In this document: in pieces, positions 22,336-36,617 of the stretch
How positions within the stretch are numbered: position 1 is the stretch's first letter
Layout of the letters: every line of letters starts with the position of its first letter
DNA from: Paraspadella gotoi
Taxonomy: Eukaryota; Animalia; Chaetognatha
NCBI GenBank assembly: GCA_051294375.1
Contig: CM119271.1
Coordinates: forward strand, 4,465,910 to 4,529,909
Direction of reading: 5' to 3'
DNA length: 64,000 bases
Translations under genes and position numbers: made by a program
Notes under the pieces: generated by a model
What the model saw: the letters and a program-made list of their open reading frames with translations, nothing else
Database searches by the model: none
What the model was told of the DNA's origin: nothing

Positions 22336-24959
22336 ACCGGCGGGCCACTTATGATTTCACTTTATACAATAACTCGTACATAGCTTCGTAGAAATTGGTG
22401 TCAAGAAAAGAAATTTAAAAGTCGAGTTAGCAGTTTATTGGTGGAAAGAATAATAAGTGTTGGGCATAAGTAATTTGTTTAAAATTGGCCATCCCTCTAG
22501 GAGCCAGATGTGTTTATTTCATCGAGAAGAAGAAGTACTAAAACTCAGTATGGACTAGATAATACAGATTATTGCTTTTTTTGTGATATTTTGCTAATAG
22601 CCTTAAAGTCAGAAGTTAAAAGCAATAAAAAAACAGATACTTTCTTTGATTATCCACGGGAGGATACGATGGATAAACGGATTTGCGCCATAATTCCAAA
22701 ACTAATGAAATTCTTGAAGGTTATTGAAATTATAGACTTTACAAATATCTGGTATGAGAATATACTTGTTAGTAAATTGCTTTCCCTGTGATCAGAATAA
22801 AATCAGAGGTCTCAAATACTTTGCAGTTGGCGTCGAAAAAAATCTACTACGCGGCTCTGTCCACCAGCGCCAATGGTGAGGAATTACCCATGAGGAACCA
22901 ATTATCTCATGCGAGACGAGAGCACAATAGACTCAGATTGGTCACAAGACTCAGCGTGGGACTTCTCAGAATCCTTGGTTGTGCTATTCTGTTGGCCTCT
23001 AATTCACTTCTGAATTCATCCCAGATCTCCGGCTCCCGCGGTAAAATAAAGCCGAGGAGTTTACTGAAAAAGGTCCCGGCCGCATGCGTGTCTCAGAACG
23101 CAGGACTTCACGAACGGAATCTGGAAACCGTCTCCCGGCTTCTTTATGCTTGGATGCGGTAAGAAGCTTTCTCTTCTATTCATTTATGCTCGTCAGCAGA
23201 GAGAGCTTCACCTCGAAGAGAAGTCGCCCCTCCGACTTTTTTTATGAGATTTGGCAGTGTGGATGCAGTGGACTCTTGACAACTCGTTCCATCAGCATAT
23301 TCTGACTCCTGTATTCATCGGTTCGCTGTTTTTGTTTGGGTGGCCCAGACGTTTCGTCTGATCAGGTTAGCGTACATTATAAAAGCTCCAGTGTATTAAT
23401 CATCTTCTTTTAATAATGTGCGTTTTTCTTAAAAGCGCCATAACGTAACCGCAAGAAAGATAATTCATCTCGCTAGAGGGAACAAATAGGTAAAGCGAAG
23501 ATACACTGTGATGTTTAGTCAAAAAAGTATAGTCTCCTGATATGTTTCGGTTGTTTTCTTTTCTCTTCTCTCTCCTCTCTATGCATCTCTATCTTAACCA
23601 ATCTTCTTGCGTTTTCTCTGTCAAAGCAGTCTTCCGTCATGTAGATTTGAGAATGGTAACAACGCAATTCTGTTGTTGGTTAGGGTTGTGTGTTTATTTC
23701 TATTTTTGTCGTTTTGAGTGAAGAAGCGGTTTTTCTTCAGTTCGTCTTCCACATGAATGTGAGTACCCTATCATTATGAGCTTAGATGGGACACATATAG
23801 TGAGCGTCGGAGGCAGCGTCTGGTAGAGGACTGCTTCTCGTTACCATACTCCATTTCATGAATCGCGTTCGCTGGTGCTGAACTACCTGTGCTTTTTTAC
23901 GTACCACCGTTTGCTTCTTGTCGACAAAATTGGCATGTGCGTTGATGTTTATTTTAAAAGTAATAAACCGGGTAGACCAAGAGATGGAGGCGAGTAAGCT
24001 GATATTTGTAATTCTCCACAGAGAGAGCCTGAATTCAGAAAGTGTGAAATATATTTCACAATTGTTGAATAAAAATTCATCCGATCTATGCTGCATGTGG
24101 AGAATAAGGTTGCAATAGAAATCCCAAATCTACTCAAAAAAATAAAAAATCATCCTCTTAGAAAACATCGGAGGCTAGAGCTGATTTTGTAGAATTGCAA
24201 ACTGTTTCCTAGCACTCGAAAGTCCATTCACTCTCCAAATGTTAAAATTTTTTTTCGAAAAATCATTCAAATCAAATATCTTTTACTTGAGATTTAAAAT
24301 GCTTTTGTTATATGTATAGTTGTTTTGTTGTTTAAAGAATTGAAAAAAGGGAAAAGTATAATGAAATTAATGTAAGGCTTTTCGGCAAATACCTTCTAAA
24401 ATTATAGATAATTAGACACAGAGAGTAAGCAGAAAACTTCCTAGTATCATGAAAAATTGAAAATGATTTGTCATATTGTGTTCCAGATTAATTGACTAAT
24501 TACAAGCTAATAATGTCACTGTAAATTGAAGAACACGATGAGTAAGAAGTGAGCATCTTGGTGCCGTTTAACCTATTTATGTATATCACAGTGTATGAGT
24601 TTTCGTGATTTCTAATAAATATTCAATACTGGCCATCGGATTTGCAATGCTATAGAAGAGCAAAGGTCAACAATTTGTGTCAGGGATTTCATTGGGCCTC
24701 AGCATAGGTCGTCGTGTTATCTTGTTTCTGCTCATGTTTGGTTGAGTGCCAAGTTACTTTATTATGTAGTTATGTGTCCGAGAAGACGGGTTCATGGGTC
24801 AGGTACGGCAATGCTCAACAGATCAGCAGGACCACCAACTGAGCTAAGAACTAAAAGCACGCAATGTAAGTTTTGGACTCAGAAACACGACCAATTGTGA
24901 AATGGGGCACATAAAGCAGCAGGGGACCGGTTGGTCGCCACGTTATTTTACGATCGCCG

Positions 24960-27560
24960 TGTCATAACTGCGGCAATGTGAAAACAACGGAGAAATAGCA
25001 TTCGATAAAGAAAACAAGCGTAAATCTATGAAGCAAATTACAATGCGAGCCTGCATGAGACCGACATTGACGGATTATTACCATATATATTGAAGAGCGG
25101 CGGAAGTCCGGGCTACTAGACCAGTCTGAGCATCATCCCGCCAGTCGGAGCGAACGGACGCGATCTGCGTCACTGTATCAGTATCACGGAGTCGAAGCCG
25201 AATGTATGATTAGCAATGTCTGATTCCGGAGCTATCAACCTTCGGGCCTATCTCGTGTCGATTAATGAGTGCCTGTGCTACCGAGCGAGCGCGATGGACG
25301 GGGCCCATAGGAGAAGGTCTTAGTTGAAAGCAAGGACGGAGTAGAGCGAGGGTGAGAGCAAGAAGGCGGGAAGAGGGAGGAGGAGGAAGGAGAGAGCAAC
25401 GAGGAGAGCGAGCGAGGACGAGCAGACGAGCATGAAGAGAAGAATGGAGAGAGAGAGAGGAGAGTAGTCGGAAGAGGATGACGCAGCGAGAGGAGAGAGA
25501 TGGGGGAAGGAGTTATATAATGTCAGTAAAGTTGTCGTTAAATTGAAAATGCAGGAGATATAATAGAGGGGGTAGAGATTAAGTAAAAGAATCGCGTCTC
25601 TCAGGTCTCTGACTGATCCAGGCTTTCATCTCTTCTTCTGTTCTTGCATCTCGTTCCATGGCCTTCTCCAGAACTCGCGAGAACGAATATCACCCCATCC
25701 GTACTCTGATCGCCACGCTCGCGATGTGGCATTCGGCAACGCCAGGCGATTTTATTTCCCCTACCACTGCCCCCCAGATAGAAACATCACGCGCCGCGAA
25801 GAGGAGGGATGTCCAAGATCCTTCGACGATAATGACCTTGCGGCAGCCCCGCCGCCAATCATTCGGCAAGTCCGACCAGTCTTATTTCACGACCTTCGGT
25901 CCCGCTTCGAACAGAAGTGAGCTCAGCACCGTCGAAGTCAAGGGATGTTTCCTCTAGCCTTTTTATTTTCCGCCGAGAGGGGAGAAGAGTGTGATGTGTT
26001 CGGTCCGAGGGTGACGAGGTGGGTCTGTTATAGGAAAATATGTAGGATCGAGAGGGTGAATGTACTGTTTGGGCTGGAAAGGTTTGGTGATGCGAGCATG
26101 CGTTAAGGATAATACTGGATGAACCGCAGAGGGGCTTGTTGCTTATATTATATGAGTCTAATGATAAGAGTATGGATACAATCGGAAAGTTATGACGAGA
26201 TTCAACGAGTTTTATATGAAAAACGCCTGTTAAGGCATATGCACAAATCGAAAAGTCGTATCGTTACGATAAGTAATGATGTCACGCCAGTTACTGAAAA
26301 GCCGACAAAAAGTAACCCATCCAGGTATATGTTGTTGTCGTGGGACGAGTGTGGAAAGTGGAGGGCGCCAGTGTGGTAAGTAGTCAATGCCGAAGAATAT
26401 AATGTTCAATGAAAAGGCCGCGCGCAGACTTCCATCGTACGACTTAAAGGAATATAAGTTTACGAAGTCTTCTGGTGAGAATAGGCTGAGACAAAGAAGA
26501 ACGTTTGTCAATAGGTTATTTGGTATAGGCATCGTGGGACACTAAGAGATCGAAAAATAAAAGACTACAAAGTTATGATATACTGAGAATAGGATAATTC
26601 AAATGGCTACATGACAAGTAACAAATGCGGTAGATGAAAGTAAGAGTGGACTGCGTGCGATCGCCGTCTGAGAAAGGAGACATCGGACCAATCGCAGGCT
26701 GCAGAGGAATCGCGATTAAACTGTCAAATAATTTTCTCTGCTACCTTGAATGCTCTACAGTCATCTAGATATAGATATGACGACTTTGCTTCGCTTTGCG
26801 ATAGAATTGAGTCCTGGAACCCTCGCGTGGAGTCTGCGACCCGTCACTCCGATTGCAGTGTGTATGTTGTCGACATAAATTCCTCGGTTTGGATTTTCGT
26901 CCAGAGAGATCCATGAGTGTTATGTCCTTGCGAATATGTCGGTGGCAGTTGATAGCGGCAAGAATAGAGTGAGGATTTCGACCCGGGCACGCCATACCGA
27001 TGAATATAGAATGCTATCAGGCAGTTCGACATTTCTGAAAGCGGGGTTGAAGGGTAGGGAAGACGACACGATGCAGAAGACAGCGTGGCAAGTCGAGTTA
27101 TCGTTCGAGTCGTGGTTCTCGTCCGCCACCTCGAGGGAGTTTCCTTGCCCTTGAGTCGCCGCAGTTGGCAGCGCATCGAATCCTGCGAAGCGCGGCCGGA
27201 CCTCGTGAGATCGCGGCATAGAGTGCGCGGTGGAAAGGGTGGTGCCGCCCGCCCCCCGGGCGACATTTCACGGAGAGAAAGCGGTCAATGCTTTGAAAAG
27301 GAAATTGATCTAATGGTTTCTTTGTAGCTCGAAAGTCATGGTTTTTTAAATCCTCAGAGACAAACCTATAACCCCTCGCCCCACCCCCACTTTCCACCCC
27401 AGCCTCAATCTCCGACCCATTTTTTTTAATCACGATGGATGTGAAAAAAATTTTGCTTAAACGTTATTTAAAAGAAGAAGGAATCGGGGTTGCGCCGCAT
27501 AATCAGCCTTTTTTTTTTTGCTCATGGTGCTAAAAAAAAAATTTCTTGTATTAATTAAAT
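24960..27560 (+). other. Insertion-rich duplicate of 14990-16975 (raw long-read-like)
   Basis: Colinear anchors such as ATATTGAAGAGCGG, CTCCATCG..ACGACTTAA, CGATTAAACTGTCAAA and AAAATTTTGCTTAAACGTTATTTAAA; the right copy is lengthened by dispersed extra bases. Confidence 0.85.
27020..27205 (-). CDS. Probable Ig-gene exon in error-rich sequence (start of membrane-proximal Ig domain); boundaries approximate
   Basis: GC-rich island translating ...VRPRF...SLEVADENHDSNDNSTCHAVFCIVSSSLPFNP. It sits where the A-B strands of the next domain are expected. The sequence is indel-ridden and splice sites cannot be resolved. Confidence 0.35.
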
Positions 27561-28493
27561 ATCCTCGAGCCAAATTAGCAACCAAAAACTTTTTTTTTCA
27601 CTTTAATATTTTCAAGAAACAAGAAATTTTTTTTACGCTTTCTTAATTTTGCATTAAAACCAAAAAAAAATGAATTGCTTTAATCTCGTTTTATCGAAAC
27701 TACTTCAATATGCAAATTGGATTTCTAAATTTGGCTCCAGGAGAGAAAGATAAAAAAAAAAAAAAGAAACATAGTCACGGTTGTTTTAGTACCTTGAAAA
27801 CTATTTATTTTTATAATATTATTACTAAAATTAAAAATAATTATTTAAAAAAATATATATATAATTGTTTTATTATTTATAAACTATTACAAAAGAATCA
27901 AAAATAAATTACCATAATACTTGATTCAAGGTTTTTTATAAGCCAAAGTCGATTAATCTTACTGATAATTTTTAAGCATCACTAAATTTAACTCAATCTT
28001 TTTATTCTATTATAAAAGTTAAAAAAGCTAATCAAATAATTCTTTTAAAAATAAACTAAAAGGTAGGTCGACAGCCGTGACCGATAATAAAGTGGCGCGT
28101 CGCGTGATTCTAGGAAAAACAATTTTCACGCGAGGACGTAAAAGTGGAGGAAAGAGGAAAAAGCGTGTCGTTGTTGTTCAAGTTGTTGTCGTCGTTGTCT
28201 TTGCTGTTAACCAGTGTTTTTTCGTCATCTGTGATGTTATTTGCGAATCGAAAATCTCGGCATCTCTGTTTGCAGATTTTATTTTTGAATTTATTTGTGC
28301 CGTCGGATTGAGGACAACAAAGTGGCCCAACTAATAGCTAACTAGATTGCACGCGTTGTTGTTGTTGTCGTTGCGTCGTCGTTGTCGTCGTAGTCTTCGT
28401 CGTCGTCTTTGTTATCGTCGACTTAACGGGATTCTCTCCCTTTTCTTATCTTCGAATTCAACAGAGAAAAAAAGAAATTGGGTTTGATTCAAT

Positions 28494-28531
<38 letters not shown>

Positions 28532-28821
28532 NNNNNNNNNNNNNNNNNNNNNNNNNNNNNNNNNNNNNNNNNNNNNNNNNNNNNNNNNNNNNNNNNNNNN
28601 NNNNNNNNNNNNNNNNNNNNNNNNNNNNNNNNNNNNNNNNNNNNNNNNNNNNNNNNNNNNNNNNNNNNNNNNNNNNNNNNNNNNNNNNNNNNNNNNNNNN
28701 NNNNNNNNNNNNNNNNNNNNNNNNNNNNNNNNNNNNNNNNNNNNNNNNNNNNNNNNNNNNNNNNNNNNNNNNNNNNNNNNNNNNNNNNNNNNNNNNNNNN
28801 NNNNNNNNNNNNNNNNNNNNN

Positions 28822-28903
28822 AGTGACGTCATCCACGGCGTCAAAAGGGTTGAGAACGCTGAGCGTCACTTGAGTGTCGGGAGTGTGAACCGTGAGGTAT
28901 TGG
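28822..28903 (-). CDS. Exon of the Ig-superfamily gene (F-G strands), 3' end runs into an N gap
   Basis: Acceptor gttttctttcacAG; its phase-2 start joins the previous exon (AG+C=Ser). Reads S-QYLTVHTPDTQVTLSVLNPFDAVDDVT, open until the gap at 28821. Confidence 0.72.
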
Positions 28904-29313
28904 CTGTGAAAGAAAACGTTCTTCTCTTACCAATTTTGTTTTCAAATTCAAAGAGGAATACAAGATGTCAGGAGCGGTAAAGCTACGAAGTTAATCTGAC
29001 TAATGATTAGAATTTGGTCGATTTAACTTTTCAACTTTTGTATCCTAAAAAAAAGAAGAAATATTTCAATGGAAGAAAGAAGGCCATATTTTAGCTAAAC
29101 AATTTGCGAAATTCTGACTCAATGGCAACAAAATTAACAACTATAAATAAAGAAAAAATATAACTTTGAATAAAGCTAAAATAACTTTAAAAGAACCCCA
29201 AAGTCCAAATCAAAGCCTCGCCTTTCTCCACATCCTCAAACCACTTTCAGATCCTCCACAGTAACGTCACCTCACTAATTCCCGCCCTCCTTACCCCGCC
29301 CTCCTTCCCTCAC

Positions 29314-29434
29314 CTCGGCAAGACCAGCTGGGTCCTGATGTCGCTCCCCTGCTCGATCACCGTCGACTTCAAAACTTCTCCGTTTTCTAATTTCCAAAGA
29401 ATTCCATCGAAGGGAGGCAGAGGATTCGCTTTCA
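29314..29434 (-). CDS. Exon of the same Ig-superfamily gene (B-C-D-E strands)
   Basis: Acceptor ccccgcctcgttttcAG, donor CCGAG|GTGAGG; 121 nt, phase 1-2. Joins the 61510 exon in frame (G+TG=Val) to give NCT-V-KANPLPPFDGILWKLENGEVLKSTVIEQGSDIRTQLVLP, the classic Ig C-x-V-x-ANP-x-P...I-x-W motif. Confidence 0.88.
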
Positions 29435-32400
29435 CTGAAAACGAGGCGGGGGGAAAGAAAACAAAAGNNNNNNNNNNNNNNNNNNNNNNNNNNNNNNNNN
29501 NNNNNNNNNNNNNNNNNNNNNNNNNNNNNNNNNNNNNNNNNNNNNNNNNNNNNNNNNNNNNNNNNNNNNNNNNNNNNNNNNNNNNNNNNNNNNNNNNNNN
29601 NNNNNNNNNNNNNNNNNNNNNNNNNNNNNNNNNNNNNNNNNNNNNNNNNNNNNNNNNNNNNNNNNNNNNNNNNNNNNNNNNNNNNNNNNNNNNNNNNNNN
29701 NNNNNNNNNNNNNNNNNNNNNNNNNNNNNNNNNNNNNNNNNNNNNNNNNNNNNNNNNNNNNNNNNNNNNNNNNNNNNNNNNNNNNNNNNNNNNNNNNNNN
29801 NNNNNNNNNNNNNNNNNNNNNNNNNNNNNNNNNNNNNNNNNNNNNNNNNNNNNNNNNNNNNNNNNNNNNNNNNNNNNNNNNNNNNNNNNNNNNNNNNNNN
29901 NNNNNNNNNNNNNNNNNNNNNNNNNNNNNNNNNNNNNNNNNNNNNNNNNNNNNNNNNNNNNNNNNNNNNNNNNNNNNNNNNNNNNNNNNNNNNNNNNNNN
30001 NNNNNNNNNNNNNNNNNNNTGGATAATTTTTATATTGGTTGTACCAATTTCATAGATTCGATCAAGGATTCGATCAAACTTGCGAACAAGGCAGCGAACA
30101 ACGTTAACAACGAAGAAGCGAACAAAAAAAGAACAGAATAAAAAATGGCGACTGAAAAAAAAAGAAGCGGTGATTTTTTTTTTTTTTCTTTTCCGCCTCT
30201 AATTTTCTCCCTCTCATCCTTTAGCTGTCGACAAGAACACGAAGAGAACGTTTATCTAACTAAACGTCTTTCTTTTTCTTGTTCTTTGTTTCGAGATTTT
30301 AGGCTAAAAATATCAATCTTGCAATCTTCCGGTAGGTGTTTTTTTTTTCAATCAGAAAAGACTATTTTTTATAGTTTTATTTTTTAGTTTATTTCCGAAA
30401 GTCAGGGCGGTTCCAATATGATCTTGATAGGATATGATCCTTAGTTCCGCTTGTCTCGCTGAGGGCGGTAGTTTTAATGGGTGTAATGATCAGAAACCAG
30501 GTCAATTTTTAACCACATAGTATTTATTAAAATGCTAATTTATGAAAAAAGTAATATTAATTACTTACATTAAACTTTCTGATATTAATTTTATATCTTG
30601 ATCCGTTCGTTCTCTTCAAACTGATCATCTGTCCTCAATGATTTCCCACTTTAAATCCGTCTTCCCATCTATCTTTTTTCGCCCCGACATCTGTCTTCCC
30701 ATCTGTCCTTTACCCCGACATCTATCTTCCCATCTGCCCCTGACCCCCGGCATCTGTCTCCGCATCTGACCCTCAGTATCTTCTTTCGTATCTGCATCTG
30801 TTTAACCTCGACGTCCTTTCATTTATCTCTCTCTCTCTCTCTCTNNNNNNNNNNNNNNNNNNNNNNNNNNNNNNNNNNNNNNNNNNNNNNNNNNNNNNNN
30901 NNNNNNNNNNNNNNNNNNNNNNNNNNNNNNNNNNNNNNNNNNNNNNNNNNNNNNNNNNNNNNNNNNNNNNNNNNNNNNNNNNNNNNNNNNNNNNNNNNNN
31001 NNNNNNNAGGAGGCTCGGGATTTTCGAGGGTCTCTGGATCTCTGAGACTCCTTGTTGATTGAAGAGTCAGATTTTGTAATTGAACGGATTAATTTCTCAT
31101 GACCCATTTTAAATTGCGCGCCACTGCCCCGCTGTCTTTCAAAATGAAAAAAAAAGGTTTGCTCATCCACACATTTACATTCTGAGCCGAAGGGTTTTTT
31201 TGATCTCGGTATATCTGTATTCTCGACTCAAAATTAATAATCCAGATGCGATATTTAAGTTTATCATCTTTGACTTAGTTTTGTTTAATTTAGTAAAAAG
31301 GTTTTCGTTAGACTGAACTATATTTAAACAGTTTTTTTAAGAACAGAAAAAGTAAAAAGTCTTGAATTTTACATTTTCGTTTCTTAACTAAACATATTTA
31401 TCCTTCTTAATGGTTGCGTTAATTTTTTGTCTCAACCAACAAAAATATTTTATTAAAAGAAAAAAAACCAAATTCCTAAAATTAAAAAAGAAAAAAGAAA
31501 ACTCTTAACCAAATATAAAATATCGACGAGGGATATATTTCTGTAAAAGGTGAGGAAAAGAGAAAGAAGAAACTTACCCGTTTGGTGAGAAGTAGAGACT
31601 TACCCGTTTGGTGACCTCGTCCCTCTTCGTATCGTCTCACCTTCCTCATATTTTTCTCTTCCTTTTTTTTTCTCCGGTCCCTAACGGACAATTTTTTTTC
31701 TTTCTTTCTTTCATCTTTCTTCTTTTTTTTTCAGTAACCTTTTTTTATTCTGGATTTTTTATCCTTCCCATGAAAATTTTCTCTTCTTTCTCAGTTTCGG
31801 TTTTTAGTATTTATTTTTTTTAGTATGAATCTTATTTTTAAGACGTCGTATTTTCCGTTTTCACGTACATATTTTACATTCTCTCTCCCAACATTGATCA
31901 TTGTTGACTTTCACAACTTTATTTAAAACTTTCATTCTTTATTCCTTTTTATTTCTTTTTTTTTTTTAACCTCGTCCACATTTTCATTCTGCTCCTATCT
32001 CCTCATATATCACAATCTGACAATCTCTTTCTCACATTTAACTCTTTCCTCAAATTCAACATTCACATTCACGTTTTACCAAATTCTCACTCGTTTCTTC
32101 CAGAAATCAAGCCTCGCTCTCCCCTTAACTTCTGCTCCCAACGTCAAACGAACGTCACGGTTTTACGTCGCCAACTTGACGCGTCACGCCGACTCACGCG
32201 GTCACAAAAATCGTCACCGAGATGCTTTGTCGCCTCTCACCCGTTCTCAACAACGATGGACTNNNNNNNNNNNNNNNNNNNNNNNNNNNNNNNNNNNNNN
32301 NNNNNNNNNNNNNNNNNNNNNNNNNNNNNNNNNNNNNNNNNNNNNNNNNNNNNNNNNNNNNNNNNNNNNNNNNNNNNNNNNNNNNNNNNNNNNNNNNNNN

Positions 32401-33384
32401 NNNNNNNNNNNNNNNNNNNNNNNNNNNNNNNNNNNNNNNNNNNNNNNNNNNNNNNNNNNNNNNNNNNNNNNNNNNNNNNNNNNNNNNNNNNNNNNNNNNN
32501 NNNNNNNNNAGAGAGAGAGAGAGATAAGAAAAAAAAACCTTTTAGCTTTTATCATTTGTTTACACGGTTTCTTGAAGGGGGCGCAACTTTTTTTTGACTT
32601 TTTTTTGTTTCTCGCCTAAAAGTTACGCTTCTTCTTTATCTTATACTTTTTTTGTTTTCTTTTGTTTGTATTTTTGTTTTTGTTTACTTTTTCGCCAAAA
32701 AAAAAAGGATTAAATTTTATCAGAAAATTCAATTTGGCGAAAAAAAACTAAATGATTTAAAAATAAAATCAAAATTAAATTATGGATTAAAAAACGAGAA
32801 AAAGCAAAACAATTCTGAACTTATTATATTGTCCAGCAAACGCGATATTTATACAACATTTAAAGAATTTATTTCGTTTTAAACCCTAAACCATTCTCCC
32901 CCACGCCCACACACAAAACCCCATTTCGCCCACATAATCCCATCCGGCCACTTTTTTCCTCGACCCAGAATCCTCTTATGGCGCAGCCCTCAATTTCCTT
33001 CTGCCCTTTTCGACCCCAGGGGGCATTCGGCCGACGACGACGACGACGCCGACGACGACGACTACGACGAAGATGAAGAAGATTATGACNNNNNNNNNNN
33101 NNNNNNNNNNNNNNNNNNNNNNNNNNNNNNNNNNNNNNNNNNNNNNNNNNNNNNNNNNNNNNNNNNNNNNNNNNNNNNNNNNNNNNNNNNNNNNNNNNNN
33201 NNNNNNNNNNNNNNNNNNNNNNNNNNNNNNNNNNNNNNNNNNNNNNNNNNNNNNNNNNNNNNNNNNNNNNNNNNNNNNNNNNNNNNNNNNNNNNNNNNAA
33301 TGATTGTATGTGATATCACTGTTGATGATCATGATAATGTAGATGATAATGATGCTAATAATGTTACTGACTTGGAGAAATTAA

Positions 33385-33575
33385 GATGACGATGATGATG
33401 ATGTTGATGATTATGACGATGAAGATGATGATGATTTTGATGATGCTGATGATGATGATGATGACGATGATGATTTTGATGATGCTGATGATGATGATGA
33501 TGACGATGATGATTTTGATGATGCTGATGACGATGATGACGATGATGATGATGACGATGACGATGATGATTACGA
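33385..33575. repeat. (GAT)n trinucleotide microsatellite with internal higher-order repetition
   Basis: Direct reading; explains the poly-H, poly-I and poly-M ORFs. Confidence 0.9.
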
Positions 33576-34985
33576 CGAATAAAACGCCCTCTCTCGAGAT
33601 GACTCTTGCAAAAAAAAAAAACAGGGAAACCAACAGCAACGACGACGAATGCGTCCATCGTCTGTCGATGACAGAAACACGACGACGATAATCACGACGA
33701 TATGGACGACGATCGGGACCAAAATGTGAATGAAATTGTGGGCAACGACGTGGAGCACAGCGGGGACCACAAACGTGGGCAAAATGCTGACCACGCTACG
33801 ATCCAAGATCAAAGATCAAACTGCTGACCAAAAATGTGGATTGTGGATGAGGAGAGCTCCGATGTTTACGATGAGCGTCGCCAAGAAAACTCAATTTCGT
33901 TGACAAAGAGATGATTATTTTTTTTTTGCCGCAGATGGAGAGAAGTTTGAAACAGATGATTGATCGACTGACCCAAACCCACCCCCGAAACACCNNNNNN
34001 NNNNNNNNNNNNNNNNNNNNNNNNNNNNNNNNNNNNNNNNNNNNNNNNNNNNNNNNNNNNNNNNNNNNNNNNNNNNNNNNNNNNNNNNNNNNNNNNNNNN
34101 NNNNNNNNNNNNNNNNNNNNNNNNNNNNNNNNNNNNNNNNNNNNNNNNNNNNNNNNNNNNNNNNNNNNNNNNNNNNNNNNNNNNGAATTAAGGGTGAGAG
34201 GGAGAGAGAGCAAGAGAGAGAGAAGAAAACATAAAGTAAAGAGGGAAGAATGAGCATAAATTTAACAAACAAACTTTTACTTTGAAGAAAATCGACTCGA
34301 CGTGATAGAGACAGAGAGGGTTCGAGACTCCCAAGGAAAAAAAATATGGGAAAACCGATTTAATCTCTGATTTCCTGGGAACCAAAAATAGAGAGAGGAG
34401 GAGAATGAGGAGGAGGAGGAGAAGGAGGGGGAAAAAATGGCAAGTTTTTTTGGGCGGACAGCTTGGCATGTATTTACTACTCATGGCCGTTTAAGCGAGA
34501 GCGANNNNNNNNNNNNNNNNNNNNNNNNNNNNNNNNNNNNNNNNNNNNNNNNNNNNNNNNNNNNNNNNNNNNNNNNNNNNNNNNNNNNNNNNNNNNNNNN
34601 NNNNNNNNNNNNNNNNNNNNNNNNNNNNNNNNNNNNNNNNNNNNNNNNNNNNNNNNNNNNNNNNNNNNNNNNNNNNNNNNNNNNNNNNNNNNNNNNNNNN
34701 NNNNNNNNNNNNNNNNNNNNNNNNNNNNNNNNNNNNNNNNNNNNNNGGGGGGGGACCGGGTGGAGGGTTGTGCAAACAAGCGTGAAGTGAAAAGGAGGGA
34801 AATGCCAGTGAAGGAAAGAGAAGAGGAGAGAATTACAGTAACGAGCTTTTTTTAAAAAAAAACAGCAAAAATAGCCAATGGCTATGTATTTTTAGTTTCG
34901 CTGCGCGTTACGGCCGGAGAACTTAATATTTAATAATCGCTTGAGTGTGACTCAGTAGATCTGATTGTCGTTTACGTTCAAATAC

Positions 34986-35051
<66 letters not shown>

Positions 35052-35663
35052 CCTTGCTTAACAACCTGGGACTGACGTTCGAAAGGCCAAAGGTTCGGTC
35101 ATTGGGGCCGTGGACTCCGGACGGGCCTTTGGACCGACCTTGAAACCCTGAGAGTGAGATTAAGTTTGAGAGTGAGCGCTCTGCGTGAAACTGGGTAAGT
35201 TGGTTTGATCGAAGGCGGTCGAAATATTTTGTGTGAAGGAAAATCAAAAGTCAGTGAATGAAGGAAATTCGAAGGGAGAAAGAGGAAACGATTCAAAAAC
35301 AGAAAGAATAGAAAAAGAGGAAAGGAAAGAAAAAGAGAAAAAAAGAAAGTAACAGAAGGGAATGGACCAAAAAAAGGAGACCTTAAATAGAAAGTAAAAG
35401 AAAAGAAGGAAAGGGATTAAAAGAAGAAAAAAAATCCTGAAAAAGAAAGGAAAGGATTGATAGAGGATCAAAATAAAGACAATAGCGAAATAATTAGGAG
35501 TAGAAGAAAGAAATGAAAGAAACTATAGAGACGAAAGTAACCTAAAATTTAAACCGAAGAGAGGAACCAAAAACAAGAAGAGAATCACAGTCTCTAGGGG
35601 CGGCGGAGAAACCGTAGAATGATACAAACAAAAGTAGAAGAGAGAAAAGGGTTTTAAAAAAAT

Positions 35664-35702
<39 letters not shown>

Positions 35703-36547
35703 AGAGAGAAGAGAGAGAGAGGCAGTACTTGCCTAGTTGCAAACCGAGGCAGGTTATACAGAAAGAAGATTATTAAGGGAAAGGCAGAGCTGGCGAAAAA
35801 ATATTGCCGGCAAGGCTGACGCGTTAATGGGAGCCCAGGGTTGGTTGGCCTCCTTTTTTTTTCCTTTTTTTTCTTTTTTTCCTTTTTTCTTGTTCATTTC
35901 CTTCCTTTTTTTTTCGCTCCGGATTCAAGATGAGAAAAAAAAACCTGGAAGAGGATTTTTAGCCGAGACGCGATAATGGCCTCGGCAGGCCCTCGCCGCT
36001 TCCACCATTGTTTCCCCGCTGGCGCTCCTTACCCTAAACTTACCCTTGCTTTTGAAAAAGCGAGAATGAAAAAAAGGAGAGGAATCCAAGTTGACAGAGT
36101 CTGAGGTGCTTTGGTCTCGACTGAGGTTTTACTTAAACTATTGGCGGGGTGAACCTCGGCAGTTGGAAATGCCCTTAACAGATATTCGGACATTCAAACC
36201 ATCCAAGATTAAACATTTTAATATTTTTAAATTGTTCATTTATCAATCGTTCCAGTTTAGATTATGAACAAACTCGTTTGTGGGAGGAACAATCTAAAAA
36301 AATAAATACGGTAAAAGATGTTAAAAATAAAAAACCTATGTGTTAAGAATGTGAATAAGTTAGATGTAAAAATAAAATTGGAAACAAAAATCTCGAATAA
36401 AGTCGAAAATGGAAATATTATCGAAAATAAGAAAAGGAATAAGACTGTGAAACTTAGGAAGTGGATGAAGAGGGAAAAAAAAGTTGGCAGACTCATTCCG
36501 GTAGCAGATTTGGTGAGGAGAAAAGGTGAGAATTGCAAGGTAATACT

Positions 36548-36617
<70 letters not shown>

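Noticed and set aside
22800-23300. Possible BEL/Pao integrase fragment on the minus strand (LMERVVKS...IKKVG)
   Set aside because: Only one weak motif, in very error-rich sequence.
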